NCBI GenBank assembly: GCA_038320275.1
Contig: JBBQEB010000094.1
Span: 1-14,969, forward strand
Source: Myxococcales bacterium
GTDB taxonomy: Bacteria > Myxococcota > Myxococcia > Myxococcales > Anaeromyxobacteraceae
Reading direction: 5' to 3'
DNA: 14,969 nt
The translations under genes were made by a program, and so were the position numbers. A model generated the notes under the pieces. The model saw only the letters and a program-made list of their open reading frames with translations, was not told the DNA's origin and searched no databases. Below, in pieces: positions 8,638-14,969 of the stretch; the first letter of the stretch is position 1; each line of letters opens with the position of its first letter.

Positions 8638-8710
8638 GCGAGCCTGGAGGGGGAGGGGGATTCCCCAGGCCCAACGCTCGCCCAAAGTTCACCCTCCGTT
8701 CGCGACAGGC
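8601..8710 (-). ncRNA. Candidate small RNA (~105-110 nt; 5' end uncertain)
   Basis: An orphan terminator is preceded by the hairpin GCGA..GCCTGG[GGAATCCCCCTCCCCCT]CCAGGC-TCGC with a C-rich loop. No credible CDS lies upstream on this strand. Confidence 0.45.
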
Positions 8711-8852
8711 TCCACCTTCCCACCCCGTGCCCTGGCGCGGCAACGCCAGCGCGGCCTGCCGCTGGCTCCCAGAAGGGTCGCAAAGATGGGTTCGTCTGTG
8801 CAACGCGCCGCGCCGTCGGACCATTCCCACTCACCGAGCTATGGAGGAAGCC

Positions 8853-9932
8853 GTGGTGCGAGCCGCCTCCCGACCAAGCCTGCACCCGCTGGAACGCGCC
8901 GTGCTGCACGCCTGTCGGTCGGGGCGGCTGCTCGCGCCGGCCTCTCGCGCGCTGGTGGCCCTCTCCGGGGGTGCGGACTCGACGGCGCTCCTCGCCATCC
9001 TGATGCGTCTGCGCGACCTCGGAGAGCTGGCGATGGTGAGCGCTTGCCATGTCGATCACGGGCTGCGACCGGACAGCGCGGCGGACGCGGAGGCCTGCGC
9101 GAAGCTCTGCGAGGGGCTCGGCACACCGCTGGACGTGGCCCGGGTGGAGGTGGAGCGCGCCGGAAATCTCCAGGCGGCTGCGCGCAAGGCACGCTACGCC
9201 GCGCTCCGCGGTGCTGCGGCTCGCGCCGGCGCCGACCGCCTCGCGACCGGGCACACGCGCGGAGACCAGGCGGAGACCGTGCTCTCGCGGCTCCTGCGCG
9301 GGGCCGGAGCGCGGGGGCTGTCGGGGATCCCCGCCCGCAGGGGCTGGGTGGTGCGGCCGCTGCTCTCGGTGACCCGGAGCGAGATCGTGGCGTACCTCGG
9401 CGAGAGAGGACTCTCCTGGCGCGAGGACCCCAGCAACGGCTCGCTCCGGTTCCTCCGCAACCGGCTGCGCGCCGAGGTGCTGCCGGCGCTGGAGGCCCTC
9501 GCGCCGGGGCTGGAGGCGCGGCTGGCGGCCATGGCGAGGCTCCTCTTCGAGGATGATCGCGCGCTCGACCGCGGAGCGGCGGCGCTCCTCTCCCGCTCCC
9601 CGGCCCCGTCCGCCGGAGAGCTCCTTCGGGCGCCCCTCGCCATCCAGCGCCGCGTGGTCCGCCGGCTGTGGCGGAGGGCCGCCGGTCCGGAGCGCGACCT
9701 CGGCGCGGAGCACGTCGAGGCGGTCCTGAGGCTCGCCGCGAGAGGGCGGCCGGGGCGCGTGGACCTGCCGGGTGGCTTCGCGGCCCGCGTCGTGGGGCGC
9801 GAAGAGGGGGGCCGCCTCGCCATCGCGGCCGAGGCCGGCGATCGAGTTCCAGGAGGACGGCGCGCCAGGAACGGAGGTGGTGCGCTCCCTCGCCCGCGGG
9901 AACCCTGCGGAAACGCAGGCGAGGTGTTATGA
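8853..9932 (+). CDS. tilS: tRNA(Ile)-lysidine synthetase TilS
   Basis: PP-loop VALSGGADS, HVDHGLR, ARYAAL, TGHTRGDQAET, RPLL, EDPSN and RNRLR. The start is GTG 8853/8856 after GGAGG, or ATG 8841. Confidence 0.95.
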   Translation: MVRAASRPSLHPLERAVLHACRSGRLLAPASRALVALSGGADSTALLAILMRLRDLGELAMVSACHVDHGLRPDSAADAEACAKLCEGLGTPLDVARVEVERAGNLQAAARKARYAALRGAAARAGADRLATGHTRGDQAETVLSRLLRGAGARGLSGIPARRGWVVRPLLSVTRSEIVAYLGERGLSWREDPSNGSLRFLRNRLRAEVLPALEALAPGLEARLAAMARLLFEDDRALDRGAAALLSRSPAPSAGELLRAPLAIQRRVVRRLWRRAAGPERDLGAEHVEAVLRLAARGRPGRVDLPGGFAARVVGREEGGRLAIAAEAGDRVPGGRRARNGGGALPRPREPCGNAGEVL

Positions 9933-9937
9933 GAACG
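9907..9937 (+). promoter_or_regulatory. 31-bp element, copy 2 (GCGGAAACGCAGGCGAGGTGTTATGAGAACG), upstream of ftsH
   Basis: 27/31 identical to copy 1. It contains an extended -10-like TGtTATGAG, overlaps the tilS stop and ends 105 nt before ftsH. Confidence 0.55.
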
Positions 9938-10042
9938 GCCTTGGATAGGGCGCCTGGTCGGCCGAGAGTCCGGCGTCGGAATGAGTCCGAGACGGCCGGC
10001 GGTTGGGTCGGCCGAGCGCCGCATCGGGAGAGGTGAATCGCC

Positions 10043-11968
<1,926 letters not shown>

Positions 11969-11979
11969 CAGCTAGGACC

Positions 11980-12870
11980 ATGCTGCTGCAGATCGGGGTC
12001 AGGCGCTTCGAAGGGCCTGGCCCCTTTCTCATGGGCATCGTGAACGCGACGCCCGACTCCTTCTCCGACGGCGGCCAGCACCTCGACGCGGAGGCCGCCA
12101 TCGCGCGCGCCGAGGCGCTCGTCGGCGAGGGAGCCGACCTGGTGGACATCGGGGGGGAGTCGACGCGCCCGGGCGCCCGCGAGGTGCCGCTCGACGAGGA
12201 GCTGCGGCGCGTGCTTCCCGTCATCGAGGGGCTGCGCGCCCGGGGCCTGCGGGTGCCGCTCAGCATCGACACGCGCAAGGCGGAGGTGGCCCGGCGCGCG
12301 CTCGCCGCCGGGGCGGACCTGGTGAACGACGTCTCGGGGCTCTCCGACCCCGCCATGGCGGAGGTGGTGGCGGAGGCGGGCGCGCCGGTAGTGCTCATGC
12401 ACATGCGCGGGACGCCGGCCGACATGGCCTCCCGCGCGGTGTATGGCGATGTCGTCGCGGAAGTGGAGCGCGAGCTCGCCCAGGCGCTGGAGCGGGCCGT
12501 CGCGCGGGGGATCCGGGAAGAGGTCATCCTGCTCGATCCGGGGCTCGGCTTCGCCAAGCGGGCGGAGCACAGCCTGGCCGTGCTGGCGGCCCTACCCAGG
12601 CTGCGACGGATGGGGAGGCCGCTCGTGGTGGGCCCTTCCCGCAAGAGCTTCCTGGCGGCGGCAGCCTCCGGCGCCGCACCCGGCGAGCGGCTCCCGGCCA
12701 CGCTGGCAGCGGTGGCCGCCTGCGTCCTCCTCGGCGCGGAGGTGGTGCGCGTCCACGACGTGGGTCCCGCCCGCCAGGCGGCTCGGGTCGCCGCCGCCAT
12801 CGCCGCGGCCTCTCCCTGGGCGGCGAACGGAGGGTACACTTCGGCGGAGCCTCTCCGGCACCCGCCATGA
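11980..12870 (+). CDS. folP: Dihydropteroate synthase
   Basis: MGIVNATPDSFSDGG, DIGGESTRPG, SIDT, NDVSG, VLMHM, LDPGLGFAK, SRKSF and VRVHDV. The true start is ATG 11980 (SD AGGA), 11 nt after ftsH. Confidence 0.97.
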   Translation: MLLQIGVRRFEGPGPFLMGIVNATPDSFSDGGQHLDAEAAIARAEALVGEGADLVDIGGESTRPGAREVPLDEELRRVLPVIEGLRARGLRVPLSIDTRKAEVARRALAAGADLVNDVSGLSDPAMAEVVAEAGAPVVLMHMRGTPADMASRAVYGDVVAEVERELAQALERAVARGIREEVILLDPGLGFAKRAEHSLAVLAALPRLRRMGRPLVVGPSRKSFLAAAASGAAPGERLPATLAAVAACVLLGAEVVRVHDVGPARQAARVAAAIAAASPWAANGGYTSAEPLRHPP

Positions 12871-13757
12871 CGTCCTTCCTCGACTACTTCCTCGGACCAG
12901 GCACGACCTTCACCGACCTCGCGCTCGCGGGGGTCGACGTGGGCGTGGTGGCCTACCTCATCTACCGGGTGCTCGTGCTCATCCGCGGCACCCGCGCGCT
13001 CAACATGCTCGCCGGAATCTTCATGGTGGGCGTCGGCTACCTCTTCGCGCAGTGGGCCAACCTCGTCACGCTGCACTGGGTCCTGGGCCACTTCCTCACC
13101 TACTCCGTGCTCGGGGTGATCATCCTCTTCCAGGACGACATCCGCCGCGGGCTGGCGCAGCTGGGGCGGGGCAAGCTCCTCGCGAGCTTCGCCGCCGACC
13201 AGCGGGTCCTGCAGGCCGGGGTCATCGAGGCGGTGACGCGCGCCGCGGTCGATCTCTCCCGCCGGCGGGCCGGGGCGCTCGTCGCCATCGAGCGGCTGGG
13301 AGACCTCGGCGAGGTCGCCGAGACGGGCGTCCGCCTCGACGCCGCCGTCTCTCCGGAGGTCCTCCTGTCCATCTTCCACCCCGGCAGCCCGCTCCACGAC
13401 GGCGCGGCCGTGCTGCAGCGTGGCCGGGTGTCCGCGGCGAGCTGCCTGCTGCCGCTCACCCCACGCCCCACCGCGCGCGATCTCGGCACCCGCCACCGCG
13501 CCGCGCTGGGGCTCGCCGAGCAGGTGGACGCCGCGGTGGTGGTCGTGTCGGAGGAGCGGGGCGAGATCTCGGTGGCGGTGGATGGCGCCATGCAGCGCGG
13601 GCTCGACGAGGGGAAGCTGCGCCACCTCCTCGCCCAGTTGCTGGTGCCCGTGCCGCCCCGGGGGATGAAGGCCGTCCTGGCGCGCCTCGCTCGCCGCCGC
13701 CGCGCGCGCCGGCCCCCCGCACCGCCACCTCCGGAGGACCACCGTGCGGCGATCTGA
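12867..13757 (+). CDS. cdaA: Membrane diadenylate cyclase CdaA (c-di-AMP synthase)
   Basis: Three N-terminal TM segments, IILFQDDIRRGLAQLG, catalytic PLHDGA and GTRHRAA, and VVVSEERG. ATGA overlap with folP. Confidence 0.96.
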   Translation: MTSFLDYFLGPGTTFTDLALAGVDVGVVAYLIYRVLVLIRGTRALNMLAGIFMVGVGYLFAQWANLVTLHWVLGHFLTYSVLGVIILFQDDIRRGLAQLGRGKLLASFAADQRVLQAGVIEAVTRAAVDLSRRRAGALVAIERLGDLGEVAETGVRLDAAVSPEVLLSIFHPGSPLHDGAAVLQRGRVSAASCLLPLTPRPTARDLGTRHRAALGLAEQVDAAVVVVSEERGEISVAVDGAMQRGLDEGKLRHLLAQLLVPVPPRGMKAVLARLARRRRARRPPAPPPPEDHRAAI

Positions 13758-14142
13758 CCGCGGGCTGCAGCTCCTGTCGCTCACCATGGCCCTGGCCCTG
13801 CTGGTGCTGGTGCGCGGCGACCGCCGGGTGACCACCACCTTCGCGGTGGCCCTCGAGGCGCGCCTGCCGCTGGGTCTCGAGCCCGCTGCCCAGCTTCCGC
13901 GCACCCTCCGCGTTTCGCTGTCCGGACCGTGGGCGCGGGTGCGCACGCTTCACGACGACGACATCGGTCCCATCCTCCTCGACCTCTCACGCACGGGACC
14001 CGGACTCGCGTCGTGGTCCGTGCGCCCGGAGTCGCTGCACCTTCCCGCAGGCGTGCGCGTGGATGCGCTCTACCCATCCCAGGGGACGGTGGAGCTGAAG
14101 CCCGACCTTCCTCGAACCCTCCCTCCCAGGACGAGACCATGA
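13744..14142 (+). CDS. cdaR: CdaR / YbbR-like regulator, short single-domain form
   Basis: N-terminal TM ([14 protein letters not shown]), then a YbbR-like pattern (LRVSLSGP...ILLDLS...G...LPAGVRV...PSQGTVEL). It lies between cdaA and glmM. Confidence 0.8.
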   Translation: MRRSDRGLQLLSLTMALALLVLVRGDRRVTTTFAVALEARLPLGLEPAAQLPRTLRVSLSGPWARVRTLHDDDIGPILLDLSRTGPGLASWSVRPESLHLPAGVRVDALYPSQGTVELKPDLPRTLPPRTRP

Positions 14143-14969
14143 GCCCCCCCGAAAGCTCCACCGCCACCCGCCGCCTGTTCGGCACCGACGGGGTCCGGGG
14201 GGTCGCCAACGTGCACCCCATGACCGGCGAGCTCGCCATGGGGCTCGGCCGCGCGCTCGCGTTCATCGTGCGCAACGGCCCGCACAAGCACCGCATCGTC
14301 ATCGGGAAGGACACGCGCCTCTCGGGCTACCTCCTGGAGCAGGCCATCGCCTCGGGAATCTGCTCCATGGGCGTCGACGTGATGCTCTGCGGTCCGCTGC
14401 CGACGCCCGGCATCGCCTTCATCACCGAGTCGATGCGCGCCGACGCCGGCGTCGTGATCAGCGCGAGCCACAACCCGTACCAGGACAACGGGATCAAGTT
14501 CTTCTCGCGAGACGGCTTCAAGCTTCCGGACGAGACGGAGCTCCGCATCGAGCGGCTGGTGCTGGGCGCGCCCGGCGAGGACGAGGGCGCCGACAACTTC
14601 CACGCGCTGCGCCCCACCGAGCACCTCATCGGCAAGGCCACCCGCATCGAGGACGCCACCGGGCGCTACGTGGTGTTCCTGAAGTCGCTCTTTCCCCGCG
14701 GCCTCACGCTGGAGGGGCTCACCATCGTGGTGGACTGCGCGCACGGGGCGGCCTACCGCGTGGCGCCGGCGGTGTTCGAGGAGCTGGGCGCGCGGGTGGT
14801 CACGCTCAACGCCGATCCGGACGGGCGCAACATCAACGACGGTTGTGGCGCGGTGCATCCCGAGGCGATGGCCCGCTGCGTCCAGACGGCCGGTGCGCAG
14901 CTCGGCATCGCCCTCGACGGCGACGCGGACAGGGTCATCGTGGCCGACGAGAAGGGGCGCATCGTCGAT
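14139..14969 (+). CDS. glmM: Phosphoglucosamine mutase GlmM, 3'-truncated by the window edge (absent from the ORF track)
   Basis: Manual translation from ATG 14139 gives [31 protein letters not shown], catalytic [23 protein letters not shown] and metal loop DGDADR. ATGA overlap with cdaR. Confidence 0.97.
   Translation, partial: MSPPESSTATRRLFGTDGVRGVANVHPMTGELAMGLGRALAFIVRNGPHKHRIVIGKDTRLSGYLLEQAIASGICSMGVDVMLCGPLPTPGIAFITESMRADAGVVISASHNPYQDNGIKFFSRDGFKLPDETELRIERLVLGAPGEDEGADNFHALRPTEHLIGKATRIEDATGRYVVFLKSLFPRGLTLEGLTIVVDCAHGAAYRVAPAVFEELGARVVTLNADPDGRNINDGCGAVHPEAMARCVQTAGAQLGIALDGDADRVIVADEKGRIVD

Noticed and set aside
8581..8685. 34-codon minus-strand ORF (TTG after GGAGG; MGERWAWGIPLPLQ...)
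   Set aside because: It runs through the terminator and U-tract into the cdbA -35 box. RNA structure explains the sequence better.
8738..8828. Faint resemblance to a c-di-GMP-I riboswitch on + (GGCAAC, hairpin, GGGTCGCAAAG) next to cdbA
   Set aside because: There is no GNRA loop on the first hairpin, no tetraloop receptor (CUAA/UAUG-type), and no closing P1 partner, and the spacing is wrong. An Infernal scan would settle it.
8478..8852. Long N-terminal extensions of tilS (from 8478) and cdbA (from 8830)
   Set aside because: They overlap each other and the promoter/terminator region. Family similarity and SD sites start at about 8853 and 8527.

Overview
This is a very GC-rich window. Gene content (cdbA, and tilS-ftsH-folP-cdaA-cdaR-glmM in that order) points to a myxobacterium, probably Anaeromyxobacter-like; this is an inference. 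The left part is accessory. It holds a 5'-truncated sensor histidine kinase and a sigma54-dependent NtrC-family regulator on +. Converging on them from - are a Met/His/Cys-rich lipoprotein, an exported rhodanese, an unknown beta-barrel-like exported protein and an ammonium transporter (amtB, with no adjacent glnK). amtB and the unknown exported protein each have their own sigma54 -24/-12 promoter plus paired NtrC-type TGC-N11-GCA boxes. The centre holds a membrane-anchored TPR-like protein downstream of cdbA (c-di-GMP-binding ribbon-helix-helix nucleoid protein). The cdbA-tilS divergent region carries an orphan strong terminator and a C-rich-loop hairpin, suggesting an unannotated sRNA. The right part is the core operon tilS-ftsH-folP-cdaA(dacA)-cdaR-glmM, with glmM running off the window and missing from the ORF track. 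A 31-bp element (27/31 identical) occurs upstream of both the lipoprotein gene and ftsH.
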